DNA of 64,000 nucleotides from Balanoglossus misakiensis (Eukaryota; Animalia; Hemichordata): NCBI GenBank assembly GCA_040954595.2, contig CM082594.2:11598276-11662275 (forward strand), written 5' to 3'. A program made the translations under genes and the position numbers. Positions 50,341 through 64,000 of this stretch are shown here, in pieces. Every line of letters begins with the position of its first letter. The stretch's first letter is position 1. The notes below the pieces were generated by a model, which was not told the DNA's origin, searched no databases, and saw only the letters and a program-made list of their open reading frames with translations.

Positions 50341-50805
50341 CATACTCTTAGCTTATTTCATTTCGATACTCACTGACCTACAGGGCCGATGATAAGATAG
50401 TCCCAGTGATAGGAGATAAACACAAGCTTTAGGCCCTCGAAACATTTACATCAATTGTTAACGTCGCGATGTAAATTTGTAGAACGAATAAGATGCACAG
50501 AAAAACCAAAAGTTTCCAGATTTACAGAAATAGTCATGCTTAAGGGACCCGATCAACAAGATGTAATGACTTCGCCCACTCCATAATTAGTCATATTTTG
50601 TCTTTAAAATACACTTCTATATATTAATTTTCTGTTTATGTGACCCCCGGAAAATTAATTATATTAAATATTCATACACACGTGGAAAAGTCCCTATATA
50701 GAAGTCTGCGAATTATTATGATTATCATCATAACATACTTATTTGACTTCCTGTTCAGAAGCTCGTCCACTAATATCAATCCTGTACCTGCCGATCAATC
50801 ATAAG

Positions 50806-53800
50806 ATGGCGACTTCTCTGGTCTCTTCTCGCATCTCGTTTATCCTACTTTTTTGTTTCTTCTTTTCAGTTGAAACAAAAATCCAACCAACGTCAAACAA
50901 GCGTATTTACAAACACGGGGATATCGTCATTGCCGGCATGTTCCCGTTTCACACAGAACTGCGCCGAGAAGATGGAAGTCTGGAGTCGGGTCCCATCAGA
51001 GACGTCTGTTCCTCGTTTTTCCCCGAAGGCTACCGACTGGCAGAGGCGATGATTTTTGCCATCGAGGAAGTGAACCTGCACACCAACTTTGTGCCTGGTC
51101 TGACTCTGGGCTACGACATTCGGGACAGTTGTGGGTCTGTGGCTCCGTCCGCAGAGACAGCCATCGATCTCATAACTCCGTTAATTCTGGGGGACCAGTC
51201 AATCAAAGCGGTGGTTGGAGCTTCCCGCTCCTCCGTGTCCACGGCGGTTAACGCCATCTTCGGCATGTACAACATACCATTCATCAGCTACGGTTCCACC
51301 AGTGTTTTGCTCAACAACAGGTTGCGATACAAATCCTTCCTGAGAACCATCCCCAGCGACTTGTCCCAATCGCTGGCCATGGTGGAGCTGGTGGACCGCT
51401 TCGGTTGGGAGTGGATAGCTACGATCGCCACAGACGACGACTACGGAAGACCGGGGATCCAACAGGTGATAAACGGGGTGACGGAGCGAGGTGTCTGCGT
51501 AGCCTTCAGCGAATTGTTCCCCACTCATGGTTCCGAGCGGAAAGCCACAGAAATTGTCAGTAGGCTCCGACAAGATCCGTCCATCAAGGTGGTGGTGACA
51601 TTTATTCAGCCATCAGGGATCCAAGTTATTCTCAAAGAAGCAGTTCGTCAAGGAGTGACAGGTAGGCAATCTTGGTATACACTGTACACAGTCTTTCACA
51701 TTGTCATTATCTGTACATTTTAGGGCCAGAGGGAAATTAAGGCCAGTGTTTAATACCATTTGAAGGTACACTACTTGTAGCGATAAACTAACTTGAAAGT
51801 CTTGAAAATGTCTCATTTGAATGTAATGCGTATTATTATTCACCCAGACATAATTACTGTACCGTTCTCGGGATGGGGAAAACAGAAATGAACTTGGATC
51901 ATATTCTCTCGAAATGCGAGCTATTTTGCCATACCTGCACTCTTTTGTAAGAGTATTACGAGAAAATACTTCTGGAAATAATTTCAGTACAACATGGATC
52001 GCGCGCAGTTGCCATGGTACCGATCTATCTCCATATCCGTTACACCTCTTCTGGAACGCGTCTCCAATAAATCCTGATGTTCGCCGATGGTTTTTGTCAG
52101 TTCAAACCAAATAATTTACGGAGAATGCATCCAACCACAACAATTTCTCCGCTATTGTGCCTATGATGAACTACATTTGCAATCGATGAGAAATTCTACT
52201 TCAGAAATTCCTCCGGAAATTGTCCCTTGAGATTTCACTTTAACGCTTTCTATTTACTTCGGCTGAAACGGCAATGATATGAGATGAGTGACATTGACAT
52301 TAATATTCATAATTTCACCGTCATATTTTCGATATTGTCGTACATTTTTGCACTGTGCGTGGTTATAAAGTGGTTGTCACGAGACTCTAACTTATTTATA
52401 AGACTTTAATTTCTTACCATGTCACAGTTGCAACGGAGATATCGATCTCTTGTTACGGTTCAGTACGTTTTCAAAAAGTAGGTACGGTTTTCGGAAAACT
52501 TCAAGTTGTCAGTTTTAGTTAATTGAATCACGTGAGAAACGAAGTGTTTGTAATTGTAGAAAGTTCCCAGGCTTCAATAAAGGCATGATTGTGACCAATG
52601 TAATTTTCAAGACAGTAAATGAATATTAAGTGACTTTAATTAGGCCATTTATCTGCTGAAAACGATACTCCTACAAAGTTTGTGGTTGAATTCAACAAAA
52701 CTGTACATCTCTACGCTTTCTTAGTATTGAGGCTAACTCATTAATTATGTAAATTGACCCATTAGCGATATAGCAATATTTATACTAAAGATTTAATTAA
52801 CCTTTATTTCAGATCGTATTTGGTTGGCATGCGAAACTTGGTCCGATAACCCGGGTGTAGCTGTGGATAAATATTATCTGACGGAGGGTACGATTGGCGT
52901 GGTGCTGTCACATGGTCACATCCCTGGCTTTGCTGAATACTTGCGAGATGTGTCACCGTTTAGAGGTGACCACAAGAATCCATTCCTTGAAGAATTATGG
53001 GAAGAAGAATTTGGCTGCAGGTTATCAGAGCCTGTCACTTCCGGCGACATACCTGGTGAAAGTGACGATCAGTCTATGTCAGAAAATGGTCATGAAACCC
53101 CAACGGTCGAAACAATGAACGGACAGTCCATCAGCAACAAGTCTGAAGAAACCATGACAGAAAATGAAACATCCACATATGAACCAACGGTATTCCCACA
53201 CACAGTGACAGACAGTCGTTTATTAGCCGAGGCAAGTAGTATTAAGCCAGGACTGGACACAGTACAAACTACAGAAGAACATCTCCCTATATGCACTGAC
53301 AACCACAGCTTCAACGAAACCCAGTCTTACAAAAGTTCCAGTTACAGAATTACGTATAACGTGTACTTAGCGGTGTACGCGATTGGCCAGGCCGTCGATG
53401 ACATCATCAAGTGTGTAGAACCTCATGGTCTCCTGGAAAATGGCACTTGCCCTAACGTCACTGACCTGCAACCATGGCAACTGTTGAAATACATCCACGA
53501 AATCCAGTTCAACCTCACCGACGGTACCACATACAACTTAGTCGACAACGAAGAGGGCAAAGGTCGATATGAGATTAACAACTGGCAGAATGCACGGGAC
53601 GACGGCATCGACTTGGTAACCATTGGACATTTCGATGGTGGCGCTGAATCAAACAAACTGGAGTTGAATGATGACGCCATCAGATGGTATAACGGCAGTA
53701 CCAAAGTATGTATTGTTAAATGGACTGGGAAACACCAAGTCAAAAAATATCATAAAAAATTGTTTCAAAGAGATGATTTGCCGCTAAGTGCGAAGTTTCG

Positions 53801-56800
53801 CGAGATTTGGGTAATTACCGTAGCAACGGGTTGGTTATCAAATAAATTATTGAATTGCGTCGCGATGTTGGCTAATGATATTACATAATTAACTTCGTTT
53901 CGGTCTGGTGCTGCCGATGAATCAACAGCCAACTAATATAAACCCTTGCAAGGTTGTTTTGTTTTCTTTTAATAAAAGCACCAAAGTGAGCTAAGTAATT
54001 GACATTGGGTGAGAATCAAGAATATTGAAAGATGTTAGCATTCTGATCAATTGTTTTCCATGTCATGTTATGGAACTAAATTAAACTGATAATATACTGC
54101 ACCCTCGAGATGAAGGAGAGGGTATATGTACATTGAACGATGTAGCGTCGTAAATAGGCTGGTGAACCCATGTATTTTACCACATAAAGTACTGATGAAA
54201 GTGATCTATATATTTCAGTTTGCAAAAGTGTTAACTACTCCCAGTTTCTAAAATCTCACGCTCTCTCTTTGTAACAGGTACCGAAGTCGATTTGCTCCAT
54301 ACCGTGCCCGCCAGGCACGCGCAAGGCTCTCGTTGAAAATAAGCCCCACTGCTGCTTTGACTGTGTGCCGTGTGCAGAAGGCGAAATGGCAAATACTACA
54401 GGTGAGTTCCTCCAGGAAATTGTACTTTGTTAATTTATTTATTCATGAACCAATTACAGGTTCGTTAAACAATGAACCGCTCAAAGAAAGTGATAACCCA
54501 ATCAAATACTTAATAAAAAAAAGCCAACAGCAAACAACAAATGAATCGGTGATTAAAAAAGAAAGTTAGTTTCGCAGATTGGAAATTATCGGCATTATTA
54601 AAAATATCTGTATTACACCTGTTGAAAATAGAATTAAAATGTATGTCGATAAAAAACGAATATTTAAAAGTATCCGTGCGCGCAGAAGTCTGTCTGAAGA
54701 GAGCAACGCGTCGTAGTGTAAAACAAGAATGTTAAAATTAATTTGTGCAAGTACAAGCTTAAGACAAAACATTTCCCGAGCAGAACAAGAAAGCGGAGTT
54801 GATGCACGGGACAAAAATCCTGAAAATAGACAAAAGTTAGAGTTATTGGGTCCTTATGAACATTTGTCAGGGATGTTCAACTTGTTCGGCATCCGGGGAT
54901 TCAGTCATAGACGTCACACCCACATATAATGGCAAACTTGCCGTATGATATTCCGAGTAATAATATTGTTACATTTTAATTAACTTCTCCATCCAAAAGG
55001 TTTCATATGATTGCTTTTCAAAATTAAAGGGTATATACTCGTTAATTGTGAACGTATTGTCATTGTAAACACATAAGTTGTAGTTATGCTTGTGGCGGAA
55101 ATTTTCGCTCATTGGCTTGTGTATTTGTTTGTTTGTTTGTTTTATTTGTCGGTTTTCTTGTGCTGTGCTCTTAAAATGTTCGAGGTTTTGGGTTTTGGAT
55201 AGTGGTTTGATATGATTGTCATTCTCGCCATTTAAAAAAAATCGTGAAGGGATCAACGATTTCTGAGATGTGACAATCGGGATCCTGTGGTTTTCAATAC
55301 ATTGTGCTTCATCTGATGGTGTTTTGTGAGGTGTGAATTTTCAGATTCATCCCAAATCGTTGAGCCATTCATTTCCTGTGAAATTAATACGAGTGGACCA
55401 TTTCTTTTCGAATACGTCATCCCCAGTGGACGCATGCGCATTTGGCAAGCGGGGGCCATGGATGTTGGAGAAGGAAACTGAACTGGTCAAATCTTTATAC
55501 CTCTGTTTCTCTCGAGATTCGTTGTAGTCAAACTAAGAAAGGACATGTTAATCCCTTCAAAGATCTTATCAATGAAACATTTCGACATGACTTCAAAAAT
55601 CTACATATTTTTTCAAAGCTCTTTACATCGCGCCAGAAATCAGTTTATATTTCAGAAGCCATTTATGGCAAATCAATTGAAGTTGCATTTTTTTGATGAG
55701 GAAGCCACCTAAAGTAAATTAATATTTCTAATTTCTTAAAGTAATCTCGTTTTTGCACGAAACTTTATTCCTATTAGTCCTCTGAAAACTCTGCAAATAT
55801 AAAGGAAATGTATCTTTAGAGATAAATTACTATTTTCCGCATGTGTGATTCGATGATGTCCGAAAAAAATATCAGTTAACATTCTGGGAATCTCTCGTGA
55901 TGGATATCACAGACAAAATACGATCATATTTGAACATAAATAGAAATTGTAATTCGTATGCAATTTAGCATGCAAATAGCATTTGATATATTGTGGCGAA
56001 TATTCATCGGAGATCAACAAATTTGATCGTTCACGTGCACGATGAGAAATTGGCAACGAGACATCGTGTCCTCATCATTAAGATTAGAAGCTTGGCACAT
56101 CACAGAGGTCGTTCATATTGAAATGGTCCATTGTCTTTTTGACACTTTGGGATTTGGTGTATTAATTGTGTACACTCTCATCCATCAGACACCTGTCACA
56201 ATTGGTGAAAAATTGCTATTTCACCCAAATTGTGAAAATGAATGCATATGAACTTGGTTAATGTATCACATTCTGTGCATGAGATTAGTAGTGTAGTGGC
56301 GTTTGTAAGCATCAGTGGGTTTGGTGTAAATCTGGAGAAAACAACTTTCCATCCTCTTCCATTGTACAGGTGCTGTATTCTGTTCGACATGTCCCAGTGG
56401 TTACTGGTCAAACTGGGATAAGACGGCCTGTATCATGAAGACCGTTGACTACTTACAGTGGGCAGAGCCTGCGGGCATTATTTTGGAAGTTCTTGTAACA
56501 ACGGGCGTCGTATCCACTCTTCTGTGCACGGGGGCTTTCATCTATCATAGAGACACACCAATCATCAAAGCATGCAATCGTGAACTCAGCTACTTAATGC
56601 TGTTTTTTCTGATGTGTTGTTATTTTGGTTGTGTTGCCTATTTAGGTTTGCCCAGTGACATCCATTGCATTGCTCGTATTGCCAACGGCATCGCCTATAC
56701 TGGCTGTGTTGCTATATTATTCGTCAAGACACAGCGATTAGTGTCCATTTTCAACGCCGACCTAACAACATCGCTGGCCAGAAGGCGACTGGCTGGCCTC

Positions 56801-57643
56801 AAGTACCAGTTCCTGATTGTTTTCGCGTTCTTGCTCGTTCACATTGCTTTGGTCGTCGCCACGTATGTCATAGCGCCACCCATCGTTGAATACAACAGCG
56901 ATATTTCAAAGGCGAAGACTTACGTGCAGTGCAAGGCAACATCTCTGGGTCTGGTTCTCTCCACTAGTATCTACACGTGGGTCTTGGCTGGAATCTGTTT
57001 GACTCTGGCATTTCGTGCCAGAAAGCTACCGACCAACTTCAACGAGGCAAAGTTCATCACCTTTGCAATGTTCATGTATTTCAGCGTCTGGTCCATTTAC
57101 TATCCTGTGTCCTTCTGGACATACGGTAAACTGAAAGCTCTTTCCCAAGCCATAGTTATTCTTGTGTCCAGCACATGCATTCTCGTGTGTATCTTTCTGC
57201 CCAAACTGTACATCATCATTTTCAAGCCAGAATTCAACACCAAGGCGTCCATCCGTCAAGAAACTTTGAAACACGCAGAGAAACAATTACAAAGTATGCG
57301 CTCTATTGAGGCAACGATTAGTCAACACGTGGAACCCGCTGAAACCAAAACGACAGAAAGATCGGAAAGTCAAATCAAAAGATTGGCGACAGATACAAAT
57401 GGAGCAACTAGTGGTATTACTGCCCCCTACGTTGATGATATTACAGAAGGCGAACACACAGAAACGTCACAAGGGCTGGGCGTAATTGGTGAACACACAG
57501 AAACGTCACAGGCACTGGACGTGATTCAGGTTAACCACGATGAAACCCAAAAGAAAAGAGAGGTGTCAACAAGCACAACTAGGGACGGAGAAAAAAATCG
57601 CGTTTCTATGATCGATATAGAGCTTATCGAGGTCTTTGTTTAA
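50806..57643 (+). CDS. Class C GPCR, calcium-sensing receptor / amino-acid-sensing (CaSR/GPRC6A/V2R-like) family
   Basis: Exons 50806-51661 (signal peptide; [54 protein letters not shown]), 52813-53706 ([16 protein letters not shown]), 54279-54401 ([21 protein letters not shown], Cys-rich domain), 56370-57643 (7TM: [37 protein letters not shown]). Confidence 0.95.
57449..57526 (+). repeat. In-frame 39-bp tandem duplication in the GPCR C-terminal tail
   Basis: [13 protein letters not shown] / [13 protein letters not shown]; both copies contain gaacacacagaaacgtcaca. Confidence 0.9.
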
Positions 57644-60600
57644 TCTTTCAAGAGATAAGTGATAAAAGTAGCTTTCTCAATGTACCCCCCCCCCCCCCAT
57701 GTACCCCCTCAAATATCGTATCGTACTGGTTAAAATATTTCCAACATATGCTTGTTTATGTGACTGTATCGAAGTCTGTACAATAACAGTTGTGTCATGC
57801 CCCTTAAACTACTTTAGCATTCGGTTTTTATTCGGTGTTTCAGTTTTGGAATTAGGAAATTATTGCTAAGTTATTGTTAGGGTTACAGACACCATTATGT
57901 GCGAGTTTAAGTAAATGTGACCGATTTGTATTTAATGGAATAGCAGTCGTTTTCTGCGTGTTTCGTTTAAAACTTATTTTCCTATTTTTCCATTCGTGAT
58001 AAATGTCCATTCAGTGAATTAGTTGCTGTATGTTCAAAAATGATCAATATCATATTGTCTGATAAATACTTGTTCGTTCTCTGCTCTAGAAAAAATTAAG
58101 ACAACCACATTCAAACAACTTCGGGTAACTAGAAAATGAGACAGACGAGGAAATAATTTACTCGATATCAATTAATGTAACTAATCATTCGCAGTAGGTA
58201 TCATTTGTCGGGCTTTAATTGTTACGGATATATTTAGCGTACGTTGCAATTTTGACATTTAAATATATATTGATTAATTCAAACATTTGTCGTCTCTGTA
58301 TTTAATTTTTCTTACCTACTTAAAGAGATGAACTATTGGCATTATCATTTGTAGGGTATTAATTAATTTAATTTTCAAGATGATGAATTAGCGATGTCAT
58401 TTGTAGTCTCCTTCAACACGGTGTTCCAGAGGGCTCACTCCAACTCAATTTGTCCGCATTCTTTCAGTATTTTCAGTGGCATTTTAGCGTATCGCAACAT
58501 CGCTTTAACAGATAATTACACTGCTTGGCCGATGCAGCTGTGTCTTATCACTTCCGATGTAAAATTTGCCTGCAAGGAACTGGACACTATTTGGCGCTTT
58601 AAACCCAACAAGCATTTCTGCGCGAAATGCGATCGTAAAACATTATTTTACTGCCCTCTAGTGTTGTGACAATCTGACTGGAAATCGCCCGCTCAATTCA
58701 CCTCTAATCAAATCCCAATTGCAACTTTATGTGTCAAGAAGAGAGAAGCGTCTTTGCCAGATAAAAATCTTCTAATTAGCCATAAACCCGATCGTCCAAC
58801 TTTTGAATAACGTTTAAGCGTGTTTTGCCATATCAGCTACGTCGCTGTCCCGAAACGCCACTACGACTTCAAACAGAATCAATCATTGTTAACGTCGTGA
58901 TTGGTTAAGCTGCTGAAAAACCAGTGGTGTGTTCTTCACTCTTTATAGAGAAGAGCAGAGGAGGTAACGACCATATGCTTCGCATTGCCCCACAGCCGAT
59001 ATAGTTTTCCTGATTTTGTAAGTATAAACCGAGAGTTTCGGGGAAAGTATATGAATGTGGCGTTCGGTCCCTTTTCGTAATCAGTTGGTTTCTTCCCGTC
59101 GCATGATAGCCGCTTGATGGATCACACATTCGATATTCTGTTTTGTGATTTGCTTAGTATTGCACAGCCCCGATTCCATTGAGGGAAAGGGCATTTCATT
59201 TCTGTTTGTCAAGACACGATAAATAGGCAAACATTTTTTCCCGGCCATTTGTGTGCATGTACTGCTGTCCCTGCGTCAGATAAGTTGATGATTCTGTTGT
59301 CGGCGTTTAAGTGTTTGCGTGTGAATGAAATTTCAATTGACAACTCCAAGCTGCAGTCGTTGCCACCAGATGGCTGAACAATGGACACTCTGCGTGAACG
59401 GACTCCATGTTCCGAATTCCTCGAATGGGGGAACACCAGTACATGCATGTATTTGCATATTATTTCCGTGCATAAATTCCATGCGTGTTAAGCACTTGAT
59501 TACCCTATCTGATGATGGCGGTGTATTCAGGATGCACAAAGGTACACACTGATCAGTAATCACCGATTCTGTCAGTGATATCACGGGACACTTGTAAATC
59601 ATCCTGCAGCACAATTTAACGTAGGCACGAAAATACCTGACCCACAAGATACACCAGATTTGGACCAGTGGAAATTCCCTCCCAAACAAATAGAATATGG
59701 AAACATGGGTGGATTTCCCTAATGTGATCGGTACAGAGGTTGTTGTATATACTCACCAGTAAGCTTATTTAAATGTACAAATCGAAGTTGAAAGTGAAAT
59801 CTGAAAATAATACAAAAAGTGACAGCTCATGACTTAGCCTTGACATGCTATACCCCCGCACCACCGGCACAGTGACGTTTTTACGGGCGGTTAAGCGTAA
59901 ATGAGTCATTTTACAGTATTAGCAATTCACCACTTGAAAAGAAGAAGCAATTTCTTCGGTTTCTTTCATGGACATTTTGTATTTGAGATTACTGTGCCAT
60001 CTGTGACAAAAGCCTAGGCGAGGTTTGCTTCCCATGCCTTTATGGAGGAACGTATAACTTAAAGTGATTTTCAACACAACCGTTGTGAGCGCCGTGCAGT
60101 TAGTTCAAGCGTCTAATTCGACGGTTTTGATGAAATTTCTTGACCGCGCAGGTAAACACACACGAATTTTCCACTCCAGTGTGTGATAATCAACGGGCTG
60201 CTGTTCAAAGATATGACGGGCCTCTTGACAACCTCTTTGATGCCGCTTTTATGTGTCGCCAGCCCCCGGCAAACATCGCTGATGAATAAAGCAATGAAAA
60301 AGCCCGCGATGTCAACGATCTAGTGCCATTCTCCTTTTTAGAAGTTGTTGATAATAATGACATTCAGATGACTAATGTCTAACGAACAGCGTGAGCACAT
60401 GGACATTGCAAATGGCACGACAGGGAACTTGACTGTGAAGTAGATTTATGGAGGAAAACCTTGGTCAGATAAAAGCCTTTCGATATTTTATGTTAATTGG
60501 TAAATGAATGCCATAAATCAGCATAAACTTACATTGTAATTATTTGAAGTTTTTTGACCTAGATCTCACCTTGTCAGTTGGTTTCACTACGTGTGCTAAG

Positions 60601-63600
60601 CTTGTTGTTGTGTCTCCATGTATTAACGGGTTGACGTGACGTTTCTATAACGCAAATGCAAATTTATCACATTATTACGTCATTAAAAAAATATCCATCT
60701 AAAAACTACCATAAAACGAAAAGCCCGGATGGTCGTCAGTTGACGGTATTGTAGAGAAGCAGGGGGCAGCGACTGGTGTACGTGTGTGTTTTATGGAAAA
60801 TAGCAGGTAACACATTCAAGACTGACATAGCCCTGAATTCTGATTTAAATTGTTATCATGCACTTTTTGAAGCCTCTCTTGCTGGGGCTTTGCTTCACCC
60901 TAAATTCTTCTTCTTAATCTTTCGTGATCCCTGCAGGGCGTCCCGGTTTAAGAGCGCAATCTTGTCGATAAGCTAATTTCTCTTTTGAAATACCTGGCTC
61001 TTGTCATTATGGTGCGCCTATATCCCAACGCTCTAGTTCTATTCAATCATTTACACATGTCTAAGACAGCCTCAAATATCGGAAAGCTCCCTTTAAAATG
61101 TGAAATTTGCGACAAAGACAGAAGTTAATACCTCCACAGACTTGAATTCATCTAAACCATCAATCTTTATTAATGTCTACAGCACAACTGGATGGCAGAG
61201 TCTATTGAAAACTTTATTACCTCAAAATGACATGTATTCAGATTGAAGAACAGACTTCGCAGAAGTGTTAGTGTTACTTTAAGACTTCTTTGGCTGCATG
61301 AAATCATGTGTGGGCCACTGAGAACAGAAAACAAAGAATAATCTTATCTTTTTTGTAAAGAAAATAAAAAATTCACACTTTCCTGTTAAGATGGTATATT
61401 TTGCTCAAGATAACCTTAGATTATTCTCTCTTAAAATTGAGAATAACAAAATAAATATTATAAACTTCGAAATAAATTATTCAAAAAATCTAAAATATGG
61501 ATACGTGCATGTTGTCACGTAGGTGTGACTTGCATACGTACATCTCGGTGCACGCAAAACGTATGACGTACAGATATCTTTAAGAAATATAATTACAGTT
61601 ACAGTTGGGTACCTTGTCGAAATACGGTACACGATGCAAAAGCTGTACCTGTTCCGTTCATTGTAACTGTTACAAAGGCAATGATTAATCGGGCGTGATA
61701 AAAGTAAGCCCGCAGTTCAGGCGTGATCGCCAACAAAGGCGAACAACAATTCTCACTGGAGGCAATATTTCAGTGAAGCAATAAGCTTACCGACCAGAAT
61801 TGATACGCAACACATCCCATGGCTTGTAAAACTGACATATGCCGCGTTGTATACTGGTATCAGCTGCAGAATGATCCAGTATTCTGACAAGGCTATCTGA
61901 AGCAGTTTCTGTTTATGTTTACATGGGGGATCAGTGTGCCACAAGGCAGCTACCCTCCCAGTTGGAATTGTTTAATTGGAATCACCACCGATAAATGTCT
62001 GTAGAATTACGAACAAATACTACAGCATGTACTAGTGTATGCATCACTGAAATTCTGTCTTCGGGCCAGCACACAGCGCATCATTCTCACAGGATGATGC
62101 CTTGTCGTTGTGGGACTAGCCTGCCACAAGGTAGACAGAAACATACAGTCTTACAAAACAAGAAAAAGGTTGGCACTGAGGCAGTTTACAGCTCTGTTGC
62201 AAAGTCGATATCACGGGAGACTTCCGTCGAGACTTTCCGCCCCTGTCGTGCCAGTAGCATAAAAGTACTGCCAATACTTTTTTCTTAGCCGAAATATTCA
62301 GGCATACAAAAAATTGTCTGAGTCAGACCATATTCTGCCCAGAATTCTGACATTGTTAGTCATTTCTGCGCCAAGAGATGTCATCATAGATCTCACTCGG
62401 CCTTCACATTCCAGTAAGTACTGCATGGAAACGAGGCAACCCGAAGCTCGTTTGCATCACTGGCATCGAAACACTGTTACAGCGTTGACAGAACAACACT
62501 TGAATTGCTAACTCAATTGAAGTCATATCCTTTGAAGACACGAAGCATACATATCCCATAAAAAGGTGTCACTGCAGAGTGACTGAAGTTCACGGCCAAT
62601 CTCTGTGTTGGATTAATGCAGTTTCAACTCGACATACCTTGTCTATGTTGAGTACCTCATGAATGATTCCAGAAACGTTGCGGTTCCTTGTGTTGGATCT
62701 GAGTACACAAGTAAAATATAGACCCCTGGGACCGAAAGATACTTTCGTTCTGCATTCACACCCTGAGTGTGTGACTGGAATATTTCTGCACAATTCCACT
62801 CGTTTTTAGCACAGTGGTTTTGTGCGCGGACGACTTGTTTGCTACGTGAGTAGGTCTGGGTTGGAATCCCGTAAAATGCAAGTGGAGATTCAAGGGTAGG
62901 AGGGTGTTCATGTTGAAAATCACCAATTGGGTGACATTCATATGGTTGGCATTTGATCATTGCACAACTAAACAGCAGCCTTGGTGCGTTGGCGAGAAGT
63001 AATCTGAACAATAATGAGTCCTCAGTGATGTCTAGATTACATCTGGAGACGTCAAAGCTGGCTTACATGTAGGACTTCGTTACCTGGCATTTCTATGGCT
63101 TTTGTGAATTGTCTAACTCTCATCTTACAATTCATCTTACAATTCGGTGAAGTTCAGTTAGAACTTCATTTACTCGCCCCTTTGTTGGCTGCAAGAAAAC
63201 CAGGTTTGATGGCATGTGATCTGATCACTACCTATAAACGGCTCCCGAGGAATCATCTCTGTTACAGGGTCTGAAAAGTTAGATAAATGTCAGAGCTTTA
63301 TACTCACAGGTCTGAATAGGTCTTAGAATACAGCCATGCAATTTGATCTGTTTCCAGTTTGTATTAAAACACAGGTGTAAACACTTAGTTTTACATAAAG
63401 ACAGTGGCGTATACTATCAATTTACAAGACCTGACGCACAGGCTCCGTAGATCCGATTTCTGTGATGTACACTTCCACTGTTTGCCAGTTTTGATGATAC
63501 AAAACTGAATGACTGTGTGGAGAATGTCAGACTTTTGCAAAAAAGCCCATTGTGCACGGACCTGTAGATACAGGGTATCTCTTTCATGCAGAACTCAACA

Positions 63601-64000
63601 CCTCTGATGGTGGATGTATATATACAGCGGTGTAAGTTTTACACTTGTGTGTACAAACCAGTGGTCTCAGCAATTACAGACTTTGCGGACACATAAAAAT
63701 CATTACCTCCAGGATCACTGAAATTGCTCATTATACTGGCACGTGACCAAGATCGAGATTAGCGAAGTTGTAGGCGGGCTTGACGCATGCGTGATTCTGA
63801 TGAACGTATATGTAGTCGACAATATACCTGGACGTTCATCTCCGCTACCAAACACAAACACTGTCAACCCTTGTTGGTTATGGGTTGCCGAGATCCATCC
63901 ATCCATAGAGAGCGTTCATTAAACACTCTACTCTGACTGTCGGAAGACTTTGCCGCAGACGAAACAACACTGGTTTCTGTGCCATTGCGTTGTAAGTAAA

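Overview
Intron-rich eukaryotic (metazoan) genomic DNA, AT-rich, with short GT-AG introns. ST8Sia-type sialyltransferases plus a CaSR-like class C GPCR suggest an invertebrate deuterostome such as a hemichordate, cephalochordate or echinoderm (inference). Gene order: 5' half of an integrin beta gene (- strand, runs off the left edge); a tandem array of four small, highly diverged multi-pass membrane-protein genes that I could not assign to any family (+, about 9.1-19.5 kb; rebuilt by hand from splice sites and mostly invisible in the ORF track); two tandem alpha-2,8-sialyltransferases (+); a complete WDR7/rabconnectin-3 beta (-); a head-to-head ADAM10/Kuzbanian-like gene (+) containing an AT-AC minor-spliceosome intron; an orphan spliced ORF behind a CCAAT-type promoter; and a CaSR-like GPCR (+) with a 91-aa acidic Ser/Thr-rich insertion. 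The last ~6 kb contains no recognisable gene. Best leads: the orphan membrane-protein family, the U12 intron, and cryptic duplicated exons in WDR7's longest intron. All exon coordinates were derived by eye and may be off by a few nt; no database searches were run.
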